Shown here: positions 10,901 to 23,031 of the stretch, one piece after another
Position numbering within the stretch: position 1 is the first letter of the stretch
Layout: each line of letters begins with the position of its first letter
Source: Azolla caroliniana
Taxonomy: Eukaryota; Plantae; Polypodiophyta
Length of the DNA: 64,000 bases
Direction of reading: 5' to 3'
Assembly: GCA_043228905.1 (NCBI GenBank)
Contig: JBHGNT010000004.1
Location: 13,268,001 to 13,332,000, forward strand
Translations under genes and position numbers: made by a program
The notes under the pieces: model-generated
The model's input: the letters and a program-made list of their open reading frames with translations, nothing else
Database searches by the model: none
What the model was told of the DNA's origin: nothing

Positions 10901-13900
10901 GACAGTGCCACTGTCGGCTACTTTTTACTGCTCCACATGATCGCAACACTTCCCAATGAAAATGCATATCCAGATGTTGATCTACGATCGTCGGCATTGC
11001 CGGCCCAATCAGCATTCGTGTAGCAACGCCATATCCTTAGTGTCGTTGACATACCGCAATATCCTTTTGCGCACTAAAGGTGTTCAGTCTCGGGATGCGA
11101 CATGAATTGACTGATCAAGCCAACCGGATAACTAAGGTCCGACGAGTGATCGTCAAGTAAATGAGGCTTTCGACAATCTGTCGGAATCGTGTCGGGTCAA
11201 ACGCCTTTCCCGAATCTCGGCGAAGCTTCACGTTTCTTTCCAGAGGGTTTGAGATGGATTTACAATCCACCATCCCGAATTTGAAGAGCATATTCACCAC
11301 GTAGTGGCGTTGGCTGATCAATATGCCTTCGGGGGCACGGATCACTTCGATCCTGAGGAAGTAATGAAGGTCTCCAAGATTACTCGTTTCTAATGATGCC
11401 GCAAGCTGACACTTTATGTGGTGGATTTTGCTAAGGTTGGCTCTGTTGATGATTAAATCATCAACATAAACCAGAATGCTTATCGGTCCAGTCCAACTTA
11501 ACCAACTGAACAATGAAGAGTCTGACTTTGATGGAGCAAACCTCATTCTACACAATCGATGCGTGATTTTCGCGTTATAGGCACGTCGAGGTTGCTTAAG
11601 TCCGTATAATGATCACTTCAATCAGCAAACTATCAAGGTGTTCCGTTCGGATAGAAATCTGGGGGTTGTATCATGTACAGTTGCTCCTCAAGATCGTTTT
11701 GTAGGAACACATTCTTTACATCCCTTTGATGTAAGTGTCACCCCATCACCACTGCTATGGTCTCGTTGTAATCGATGTCGTGCTTCTGCACATAGCCCTT
11801 TGCCAGTAATCGGGCCTTGTATCAGTCGATCGAGTCATCTGTGTTGTACTTCACCTTGTACACCCATCTGCATCTGATCGGCTTTACACCTTTAGCTGCA
11901 TCAACTAGGTCCCAAGTCTCATTATCCGATAATGCTCGCATCTCTTCCTCCATCGCGGCACGCCAATTAGCGTCTTTTGCCGCTTCTGTGTAGCTATCAA
12001 GAAACAGGAGAAGACTTCACTTTTCTTCTTTATCGTGCATGCCTAGGTATGCCGAGTGAAATCATCGATGAAGGTTACGAAATATCAGCTCCCACCGAGA
12101 CTCACGTTCTGTGTCAGTCCCATATACCCAAATGGATTAAATCGAGCTTGTTTCGGCTCTGATTTCTTTCATTTGGGAACGGAAGTCGGTGATGCTTCCC
12201 TAATTGGCAGGCTTCGCAGACTTGGCCCTTCCGGCCACTGAATTTCGTCAAGCCGGAAAAAATGTTTTTTGTCTGCATCTCTCAAAGTCGTGGGAAGTTG
12301 ACGTGGCCAAAACACTTGTGCCATATGTCGATATCCAATTTGACCTTTTGCCCTTTCGCAAACATAGCAGTGCCTACGCAATTGGTCTCGAGGATGTACA
12401 TCCTCCCTTCTCAGCGCCCTTGCGCGATTATCTTGCCTTCCACTTCTATGAAGCATCCGACATGAGTATATCGAACTTGCATGCCTTGGTCAACTATTTG
12501 TCTGACCGACACCAAATTTTTGGTGATTTTCAGCACATCCAAGAAATTTCTCTTCATTCCCTTCTGGCTGACATGTCTAAGAGGGACATCTCCAATGTGT
12601 TCAATGGGGTGAGGGGAGTCATCACAAGTTTCGACGACCCCTGGCTGCTCCGCCTTTTCTAGAGTCGAGAACCACTATTGGTGATTTGTCATGTGGTTCG
12701 AAGCTCCCAAATCCACATACCATACCTCGTTTGACCTCGAGGTATTCACCACCATCGAGTTTTCTTTGTCCTTCATGACGAAGGCGGGGCCCATGCTGGC
12801 TCGCCTTGAGCCTTCTCAATCTCTAACGCCAATCTGCATCTCCTCTGCCTGATTCGGCCTTGTCTGAATCGGCTTGTTTCTTCTAGCACTCGCTCTCTCT
12901 GTGGCCCTTCTTGCCATAGTACCAGCAGTCCGGTGCGACTTTCCCTTGCCGGCTCCCGGTGCTACCTTGGCTCCCCTTATTTGCGGAGTGTCCTGAACTG
13001 CTATCGGCATTCCGATTATGCCGTAAATTTTGCCCTTGTCGGCCGCCTCCATTGTGTGCCGACCCGCCTCTTCCGCCATGACCACGGGGCCTCTCTACCT
13101 CTGTATACAAGATTTTGTTATCGATGTGCGTACTCATCGACGCACCCGCATGGTTTTCTTCTACGAGCAACATCGATTGAAGCTCGAAAAACGACTGCGT
13201 ATTCCCCCTTGTGCAAACCGTCTATTGGATGCTCCGAACTTAGAAACTAACCCACCAAGGAAAAATTGCACCATTTCATCCTCCTCGATGTTCACGTTCA
13301 CGGAGGAGAGAGAGTCACAAATATCCTTGATTCCGGCTGTATATTTGACCAAACACAAATCTTTCTGCCTGACATTACTTAGCTCCTACCTAAGCTATAG
13401 CTTCCTGGCCTTGGTGATGGCGATGAAAATACTTTCGAGATTCACCCACACGTCCTTTGGCGTCTTGGCATCCCGAATGTAGCTCAAGAGTTGATCGCTC
13501 ACATAGAACGTAAAATAGTAGACAACTCTGTTTGCCGTCGGTTCCCAAGCTGGGAAGTCTTTGTGTCTCGATTCGGGTGTTACATCATTAGCTCCTTCGA
13601 CATAACTCCAATAGCCATGGCCAAGGAGGTACTGGTGCATCTTGAACGACCAAGATGCTTAGTTGCTCCTATCGAGCTTTTCAGTCGAAAGCGAGCTTCC
13701 CATTCCTCTGTCCATATTTCTATCGTATCTTTCCAAGAGAGAGAAAACTTGACTCTATCTTGATTGCTTGCTTTTCTGTCGCCTGCAGAGGAGTCTCAAC
13801 CCTCGCGCTCTGATACCATGTAAAGCAATACGATGTGCAGAAGCGTGCGTAAAAGACACAGACTATACAATTGATGTTCGGAAACACAACAGTTTGGTAA

Positions 13901-16750
13901 ATGCAGAGAACACAGACAATGAGAGAGACAAAGACAGAGAGAGCAGTCACAAAATTATATGAAGAGGAATAACACTTTGTACATACTTTATGCCTAGTGA
14001 GCACTTTTTATACAAGCCTTGACGAGTGGGCTAACACAAGTACCGTTAGTGCTCGAGTGCTCATAAATGAGCCTGACACTAATTCTGCTTACAATATTTC
14101 CTATTTATTGTAGTAGGAAGTCTATTAACGGCCTACCCGAGTCCCTCACCACACAACTCTCAGTTCTCGGTTCACACGGCCAATTTGGGTCTCCCCGATC
14201 AATCTTCAACCAATTCGGTTCTCAGCTTCTTCAGCCGATCGACCCGAGTTGAGCTTGCTCACTCAACAACGAATATAGTTGGAAGACATGGGCCTTCGCA
14301 TTGAAGGCGAAGTATCACGTATTGTCAATGTTCAAGGAGTTCTAGGAAAGAATCGAACGAGAGTCGGCTCAGAAGTTGAAGGTTGTCCGAACCGACAACG
14401 GTGGTGAATATAATGAGTAGTTCGAAGAATACTACAACGCCCAAGGTATTCGAATCACATACACTGTAGCGAAGACCCCTGAGTTCAACAGGTTTGCAGA
14501 GAGGATGAATCGAGCAATAATGGAGAGAGCAAGGAGTATGTTGTCACATTCTAAGCTGCCAAAAACATATTGGGCTGAGACGATGTATATAGTTGTTTTT
14601 CTGATCAACAGGTGTCCCACAGTGTCATTGAAAGGTGATGTCCCACAGAGGGTGTGGACAGGAAAAGATGTCTCCTACTGACACCTCAGGGTGTTCAGAT
14701 GCATGTGGCTAAGGATCAAAGGTCGAAGATCGACAGTAAGTCGAAACCATGCATATTCATGGGATACTCAGAGGACGAGTTCGACTACGGGCTGTGGGAC
14801 TAAGTGGATAAGAAAGTAGTGAGGAGTTGGGATGTGGTCTTCTTGGAAGACAAGACGATTGAGAATTCGAAGCAACCGAAGTTGGAATCTACTTCGTAGT
14901 CAACTCCCACTAGTACGGACTTAAGGCCAAGTGAACTGACACAGTCAGTTGTTCGGAGATAGCTGAATCCGAGTCAGTCGACTCAGGGCAACAGACTAAC
15001 AAAGACAAGTCGGAGTCAGTGGACCTATTGAAGTCGATCAAGGAATACGAGGCGGAATCGGCTAACCCTCAATGAATAATCAACAAATATGACCCCAAGC
15101 CAAGAGAAGAGTCAACAGAGACATCCGAATTGGAGCCAACAACAAGTGGAAGGAGATACCCACTCATAGAAAAGGAGTGCACCCGACAACATATGCCAGT
15201 CAATACATCCTCTTGACTGATGAAGGTGAGCATGAATGCCATGATGTAGCGATTGCTGACGAGCATAATGAGAAATGGCAAAGTGCAATGCAAGATGAGA
15301 TGGACTCCTTGCATGAGAATTACACATATGACCTGGTTGAGTTACCGAAAGGTAAGCGAGCACTCAGAAATAAATGGGTCTACAAGGTGAAGACTGGAGA
15401 AGTCGACAACACACCCAGATATAAAGCCCACATTGTGGTGAAGGGGTTTGAACAGAAAAAGGGTGTCGACTTTGACGAAACTTTCGCACCATTCATGAAG
15501 AGGACATCAATCCAAATTGTTCTAAGCATAGCTCTAGCATGGACTTGGAAATCAAACAGTTAGATGTCAAGACAACATTCTTGCATGGGGAGCTGGATGA
15601 AGAGATCTACATGCAGTAGCCCAAAGGCTTTGAGGACAAGGGGAAAGAGAACCTGGTGTATCGACTAAAGAAAAGCTTGTAATGGTTGAAGCCAACTCCA
15701 CACCATGGTACAAGAAGTTTGAATCCTTCATGGTGGAACATCGGTTCCACAAAACATAGGTTGATCATGTGTGTTTGTCAAAAGGTACGATGAAGGTGAC
15801 TTCTTAATTCTCTTGTTATATGTGGATGACATGTTGATAGTCGGACAAGACACGAGGAGGATCGTGAGCTTGAAGGAAGCACTAGGCAAGTCGTTTGCCA
15901 TGAAAGAGATTGGACTGGTAAAACAGATCTTAGGGATGCACATTGTTCAGGACAAAATTAAGAAAGTGTTGTTGTCACAAGAGAAATATGCGACAAAGAT
16001 CTTGGAGAGATTCAACATGTCAAAAGCAAAGCCAGTCGGCTCTGTGTTGCCGACTAACCGCCGACAGTTGCCCTAGAGGGGAGAAAGAAAAGGCTGAGAT
16101 GAGGAAAGTACCATATGCCTCGCCCATCAATAGTTTGATGTACGCTATGGTCTATATGAGACCAGACATAACATTTGTTCTAATGACAATAATCCGATAC
16201 ATGAGTAATCCACGTAGAGAACACTAGGAAGCATTAAAATGGATAATTAGGTACTTAAAAGGCACCTCGGGTGTATGCCTTAGGTATGGTTTCAAAAAAC
16301 CTATGCATGAAGGGTTTACTGACTCGGACATGTCGGGGGATGCAGACTCCATCAGATCCACATAAGGGTACGTGATGACCTATGTATGGGGAGCAGTGTC
16401 GTGGCAGTCATGACTTCAGAAATTTGTGGCCTTGTCCACCACAGAGGCAGAGTATATGGTAGCAATAGAGGCCAATAAAGAGGTGATCTGGATGAGAAAT
16501 GTTCTCAGCAAGTTGGGAATGAAGCAAAGGGAATTATGCTTCATTGTGACCGTCAAAGCACCATACACCTAACCAAGATTGCAACGTACCACTCCTAGAC
16601 CAAAAATATACAGACAAGAAAGTGGAAGAAGGAGAATTTACCCTTATGAAGATCCAAACTGACACCAATGGATCTGACATGCTAACAAAGAACCTACCAA
16701 AGGATAGTCTTAGAGACTGTCGACTGAAGACAGGACTAACCGACTCCACC
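7960..16750 (+). pseudogene. copia B gag-pol pseudogene, interrupted by element F at 9385-14268
   Basis: CFYCGNLEHFQKD, WVIDSG, LELVHTDVC, LLLYVDDML, RH remnants; many stops and frameshifts. Confidence 0.88.
9385..14268 (-). mobile_element. Ty1/copia element F, both LTRs present (3' 9385-9845; 5' 13819-14268), internally deleted, TSD ACGAA
   Basis: TSD acgaa at 9380-9384 and 14269-14273; iMet PBS TGGTATCAGAGC at 13807-13818; PPT 9846-9857; YVDD RT remnant. Confidence 0.95.
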
Positions 16751-17770
16751 CATAGGAGTGAAGGGGGAGTTTGTTAGGAATATGTCTCTCCTATGGGAGG
16801 ACCCAACTGTTCGGCTGAGTAAGTGCCAGCAGTCAATGACAAAGGAGTAGCCGACTGGTTGCGTTGGGAGCCGATAGTCGATGACAAAGAGGAGTCAACA
16901 TGGAAAGTTGACAGTTCAGTAGGTGATCCAAGTAGACTAGATAGTCGATATAGGAATCAGCTAGTCAAATCAACTAGTCGACAAGTCGACTAATTAACTA
17001 TTATTAATGTTAGGGATAGTAATAGAGGCAAGGAGAATTAGTACTAAAGATAGAGGGGAAGAATGAGGATTAGTACTAACAAGGGAAAGAGTGTGTGAGA
17101 GTCACGAGAGGAGAAGAGAGAGAGGGATAGAGAGCAAAGAGAGAGAGATGACAACAAGAAGTATATTATACGAAGAAGTATACAAGAACAATTAGGAGGC
17201 TTCAAACTGGCATTGAATTGAATTGGTTCTGAATTGGTTCGACAAATCCTCGCATATGCGGCCACCCAAATGATCGTTGTAGTACTGCCAAAATGTCCAG
17301 CTATGTATGTGTCATGACAATTTTGAACTACTTGAAGACGAAATGGACCATTGGTAACATATAAAAGTTTCTTAAAGAAGACTAATCCATCATGACATTC
17401 AAATTGTCGATAATCCGTACCTGGTTGTCGTGACCGTGAACACGACGCTCGAGAGGAATCCATTTGATCTAGAATAGCTTGTGCGAAAACATATGTCTTC
17501 AAATATTTGCGTATGGTATCAATAAGGCAGGAATCTAAGGGAGTGTCAAAAACCCACGTTGTTTGCAATTGTATTGGACCCAAGATTACTTGCTTTTTAT
17601 TTTCAAAGGTCGGATCGCCAAGATGAGGTGTTAGATACGAGCATCTTCATAATGCATTTTCCTTCCCCTATTGCTTGCCCGGACGGTATGTAATCTTGAA
17701 GTCGAAACGAGTGAGGAACTAGGCCCACCGAGCTTGTCGTCTATTTAATACGAGTGCGGAACTAGGCCCA

Positions 17771-18821
17771 CTACATGCCTCAACCGGAAGGATTTGAGAG
17801 GAAAGGAAAGGAGCACCTAGTGTGCAGGCTGAAGAAGAGCCTATACGGACTGAAGCAAACTCCCCAGCAATGGTACCGGAAGTTCGACTCCTTAATGACC
17901 GACCAAGGGTACCACAAGACGCAGGCCGATCACTGTGTGTTTGTGAAGAAATGTGATGGAGGAGATTTCCTGATACTCCTCCTATATGTGGATGATATGT
18001 TGATCGTCGGACGAGACCAAGGCAAGATTCGGATGCTGAAGAAGGCTCTGAACTAGACCTTCTCAATGAAAGACTTGGGGCCGGCAAGACAGATATTGGG
18101 AATGCACATCATCCGGGACCTGTCCAAGAAGCTATTTTGGTTGTCACAAGAGAAAGTATGTGACAAAGGTGCTTCAACGGTTCAACATGTCAGAGGTGAA
18201 ACCGGTCAGATCCACACTTCCGGCAAACTATAAGCTATTCGAAAAACAAAGCTCGAGGACAAAGGCCGAGAAGACAGATATGATGAAGATTCCATATGCC
18301 TCTGTCGTCGGAATCTTGATGTACGCGATGGTATGTACCTGGCCAGATATCGGATATGCAGTCGGAGTGGTGAGCCGGTTCATGAGCAATCCCGACAAAG
18401 AGCATTGGAACGCGGTCAAGTGGATACTCCGGTATTAGAAAGGCACTTCGAGTATGTGCCTTCGGTTCGGCTCCGGTAATCCCCAACTTGACAGATTCAC
18501 GATTTCAGATATGTCGGCTGATGTGGATACCAACCAATCTACATCCGGATATGTCATGACTTATGCAGGGGGAGCTGTATCATGGCAGTCGAGGCTGCAG
18601 AAGACGGTTGCGTGGTACATTCACAGCCTCAGAGGCAATGACCTTGAGCTCTGTATCTTCGCAACTATGGGCTCCTGTGGTTTTTTCCTATTAGGGTTTT
18701 CCACGTAAACATCCTGTGTATTTCCTTGTGTACTCTCCATTTCCCATTTCTATGTTTCATTCTCAAAGAAGTGATTCAAGACTCGGTTGTGGCCGAGCAA
18801 TATTCCGCACTATTCTCTTCA
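17771..18821 (+). mobile_element. copia fragment D (J/L family RT-RH plus the end of a 3' LTR), inserted in gag of C
   Basis: LLLYVDDML RT; 18612-18821 resembles solo LTR N and ends ..CTCTTCA. Confidence 0.8.
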
Positions 18822-19394
18822 TCCCTAGGAAAAGTTTTTGCTACAACTAAGGCGTAGGTGGGTTTTGATCTTGTCCTTTGCATTTTGAATTGACATTCCG
18901 AACGTCCTTCAAAAACCCGGTTATCACATCGTACCGCTCGACTGATTGCTTCTATGAGCAACTTTGGTTCTTCGGGGAAAGTAAAGTGTAAATTCTTGAT
19001 GTCATTACGTAGGCCACGACAAAATTGCTCCATCAATGCTTGATAATCCCAGGGAATATCGGTTGCGAGAAGACGGAAATCTGCATCATAAGCTGAGGTC
19101 GGCCGATCACCTTGACACATTCTTCGGATTTTGTTGATTGCCGTCTTGACGTTATCGGTGTCTCCAAAACATGCCTTAAACTCGCTAATAAACTCCTCAA
19201 AATTATTCAACAAAGGAGAGAATTTTTCTAACAAAGGGGCGAACCATGCCAAAGGTGTGTCACTACGTAGCGTGCCTACTAGTCCCATTCATGATGCATC
19301 GGTGGGATATCGAGAAGGATGCACTTGAATTAGCAAACATACCTGATTAAGAAATCCTCTTAACTGTGATCGCGTTTCATCAAACATCATAGGC

Positions 19395-19829
19395 TGTTAA
19401 CTCTTAGGGCCAGACAATGGCCTAACATAGGGTGTCTACGGAAGACACTTCACCAAAGAGGTGTTACGACAAGCGGATTAGGCTCAACGATTAATCCGAC
19501 TTAATTAGGTTACTTAGCAAGATCGTCCTTAATAATCACACGCGTAAGATATAACAATGAATGCAGAACGGCAATTAACACAAAGAGATAAAAACACTAA
19601 GCTTCATTAATTATCCACTCCTCATTACATTGTATCCGGGCCTTTAAATAGGTTTCCGGTTTGTAGTACAAAACGGTGCCATCCGCACCTGTTCGGGATC
19701 GGTCCGGATTCGGAACGGCATACCGATTCCGGTCCGTCCGTCCACACTAATAGCTTACTTACAACCATTCCTTAATAATTAAATAACTCCTTCGTTTCCC
19801 ACTCTGGACTCCTATGCCGGCCGGTAACA
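19395..19829 (-). repeat. 3' LTR of element E
   Basis: TGTTAAC...GGTAACA; TATA CCTATTTAAAGG on the minus strand. Confidence 0.95.
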
Positions 19830-19831
19830 CA

Positions 19832-19848
19832 TGGCACGCCCGTGGGAC
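19832..19848 (+). other. Second PBS-like site TGGCACGCCCGTGGGAC (tRNA-Arg UCU type) at the PPT position of element E
   Basis: 2 nt inside the 3' LTR boundary; no purine run on the element sense strand there. Confidence 0.75.
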
Positions 19849-19884
19849 AGTACCTTGTACGTCGAATCCACCATCCGACCCTTG

Positions 19885-22658
19885 CTATTCTTCGTCCAAA
19901 ATATCCAGAATGCTTTGTTCGAGAGTGTCCAATGATTCATCTGGAATTGGTTGTTGTTGTTGTTGTTGTGGTTGCTGCTCAGTTGATGGCTGCTGCGACT
20001 GGTCCGTTGGTGGCTGTTGCGGCTGCTCCTTCGTTTGTTGCTCTGACACCGGCATTACCGTCGTTGCTCCCTCCGTCGTAGTGGTCTCCGGTTGACTGGT
20101 TCCGGCCTGGCCCTCGTCCGGCGACGGTTCCTCATCACTAAGGTTAGCCGTTGCCGCTTCCCGTGCTTTTTCTTCCCGAACTCGGGACCACTCGTAGCTC
20201 TCAAACTGGATTTGAGCGTCCATCCTATCATCGTCTAGCTGAGCTACAAGTTGTCGGACCTACACCAGCTGTTCATCCGCCAGGACTTGGAAGTCTTCAG
20301 CCAGCTCGTCCCGTCTGGCGGTGAAGTCCTCGAAAGTCAATGTGTAACAATCATCTCCTTCCTTCCGCCGGTTTTCCACGTCTGCCCGTAGCAATTGGAG
20401 TTCCGCCGTATTTGTGCCCACTTTGTCCACCATCTTACGGAGCTTTCGTCAATCAAGCGTTTAGTCTGATTCAACCATGCCCGGAGGATGCACTGAATCC
20501 GGCCCGTTCGCATCTGTGATTTGATCTCCACAGCTTGTCGTTCCTCCTTCAATTGCTTGATGATTTTGACGTTGTCTTCCGCCTGCTCCTTGTAATGCGT
20601 CAATTTCCCTTGATATGTGCTTTGTAATTTTTGCAATACCGTTGTCGCTCTCTCCCTTTCTTCCTGCTGCTGCCTCTGGAGCTCCATCCGGACCTTCTCC
20701 GCCTCATCCAACCGTCTTGTATTTTCCACTCGTTCGTCGGCAAGCGCCGTCGCGGCCTGATCAACTTCCTACCGGAGCTCAACCATCCGTTCCTTATGCT
20801 CCGTTTCCAGCCGTTTGTAGTCCCGGTGCAGGTGCTCAAAATCATCTGTCTTTTGCTTGAGCCGTACGTTGATCTGTCGACGGGCCCGGTCCTCGCGGTC
20901 CTTCTGCTGGCGGAGCTCCTCCTTTAGCCGTTCAATTTCCGTTTCCGCCGTCTTCCGCAGCTTGTCCTTTTCCTGCAACACTTTGTCTTTTTCCTCCCTT
21001 AGTCGGTCGTAAGCTTGATGGCCTTTCCGGAGGCTCTCCTCTACCCGGCGGAGGTTCTCAGCAATCTTCTTTAATTCTGCTTCGGCCGTTGTCTTCAATT
21101 CCCGTTCACGGCTCCTTAGCGCTTCTTGTGCGGCAAGTTCATCTCTCAATTCCGCAAGCTCCTGGGCTTGCGCCGCATCTCTCTCTGGAACGGTTTCCGT
21201 TGTCGGGGTCTTATTAGTATGTACAGGTTGGTCTGTTTCTTTATTCTGTACACTTACCGGCGTCTCCGGTGCTTGGATCTCTGTTGTCATTAAGGCCATT
21301 TTGGCCATTTCTACCGTGACCTGATCCAAGTCTTTTTCAAGGCACCGGATTCCGGACCGGGTCGTCTCTAGTTGTTTGGTTGTGACGAGCACCCGTTCGC
21401 TTTGCGCTCTTTCTTCCGCCTCAATATACCCCACTGCTCCGGCAATCTGTTCACCTATCCACCGGAGCCACAGGAGGTTTGACGGATGGCTCGCTTGTGG
21501 GTGGGTGGTCCCGCCTGATTGCGCCGAGTTGCAATTCCGTTTCTGCCCGTGGACCACCCTGCTCTCCTGGTTCCCCTTGCGCTTCTTCTTGGTTGGCCGA
21601 GGGAGGCTGCATTGACCTTTCCGGCTCTGGCGGAACGGGACTTGCCGATGTTGCCGGTGGTGCAGGGGCTTCTGATTCCGGTGCCATCCGCACCGGTTCC
21701 GGTTCCTCCCTTGGCGTGGGAGTCTCAGTATGGGGAGCCGGTGTTCCCTCCATCTGAGGGTCCGAACGTTTCCCGGCTGCCTCAACGGTCCTTGACGACG
21801 ACCGTCGCTGGAGGTGCTCCGTAGGCTCCTCCTCTATTTCCTCTTCCTGAGTCCCGGCATTGAGTTTCGCCGCCAAGGGGTCCACTTCTCTATTCACCGG
21901 TCGGCGGAGTGTAATCTTTACGGGCCGTACCGGTGGTTCCTCCTACGCATCCGTTGTCCGCTTCCGGATGGCGCTCTCCTTTCCCGCCTGTTCTGCGTCC
22001 GCCGCCTTCCCCTTAGTGGCCTTAGAGGCCAACAACTGTTGTCTTTTGGAAGCGGTCCTTGGGGTGCCGTCCGCCACTCGTCCCCGCTTCTTGGGCTCGA
22101 CGGGCTCGACGGTTGGCACAAGCAAGGTGAGCCACTGCGTTACTGCGTGCCATATCTTCCATCCGTCTCGGCCTTCTTTGCCGTCTTTTCCTCTGACGAT
22201 CTCGATCGCCGCACACAAACCGTCTACGATCAATACCGGCCAATCCACCTTGATCCCTTCATAGGTGGCGATGATCATCCCTGCCCGGTTCTGCGGCATG
22301 ACAGGGGGTCTAGGGTACACATGGCCGTATTCGTGGAGCACACGGGCAATCTTGCGGAACAGCATATCTCCGCCACCCTGTGTCCGCCCTGTGTCCGGTA
22401 GCCCTTGCTGGCTAGGGAGTACTCACCAAAATACTTGATGAGTTGCTCCGAGGTCAGATTGTCGATCGTGAATATGCCTCCCTCCGGAAGGCCTATTAAC
22501 GCACGGATCGCCTCCTCTGTTATGAACTCTATGTCGATTTCTTTGGTCACCTTGTCGGCTTCTTTGTGTGGCGGTGCCTCCATAATCATCAAGAAGCCCT
22601 CGAGCCCATGTTGCTTTAGCCATTTCTTGGCGGCTTCCGACAGCGTTTGCGGGTCCAT
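19885..22658 (-). pseudogene. Extra sense ORF of element E (~900 aa if repaired): globular N-terminal domain, P/E-rich linker, long coiled coil, Q-rich acidic tail
   Basis: frame-shifted pieces 22275..22880, 21943..22365, 21451..21897, 20769..21785, 20337..20729, 19885..20223. Confidence 0.75.
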
Positions 22659-23031
22659 GTCTGTGTCGAGGTCGGATTGTGGTGGCGAGGTTGGATGGTG
22701 ATGAGAGTGAGAGTGAGAGAGAGAGAGTTCAGAAAGCGGGGGTTCTCTATGCGTAGGTTCTCGTCTGGTGATCTGCCAACGCCTTGGTGCTTCTGTGCTC
22801 CTGGGTTCGCGAAATGAGAAGGTCTCCATGCGCTGTGGTTTTTCTCTGTGCATTCTGGCGCCTTTTTTGAGCGTGTGCACGTCGTGTCCTAAAATAGCAT
22901 TATGTCCTGTGGCGGCGCTTAAATGCCCACTACGTACCTTTTCGCTCCTCGCTCTCTCATCCGTTCATACCTAGCTTTTGCATGATTACTTCGCTTTTTT
23001 TTCTTCTTTTTTTTTTTAATGTAGTGTGAGG

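Noticed and set aside
19395-19850. Reading element E as a plus-strand element with an inverted interior
   Set aside because: LTR TATA, gag-pol, the extra ORF and the PBS shared with Gy1 all point to the minus strand.
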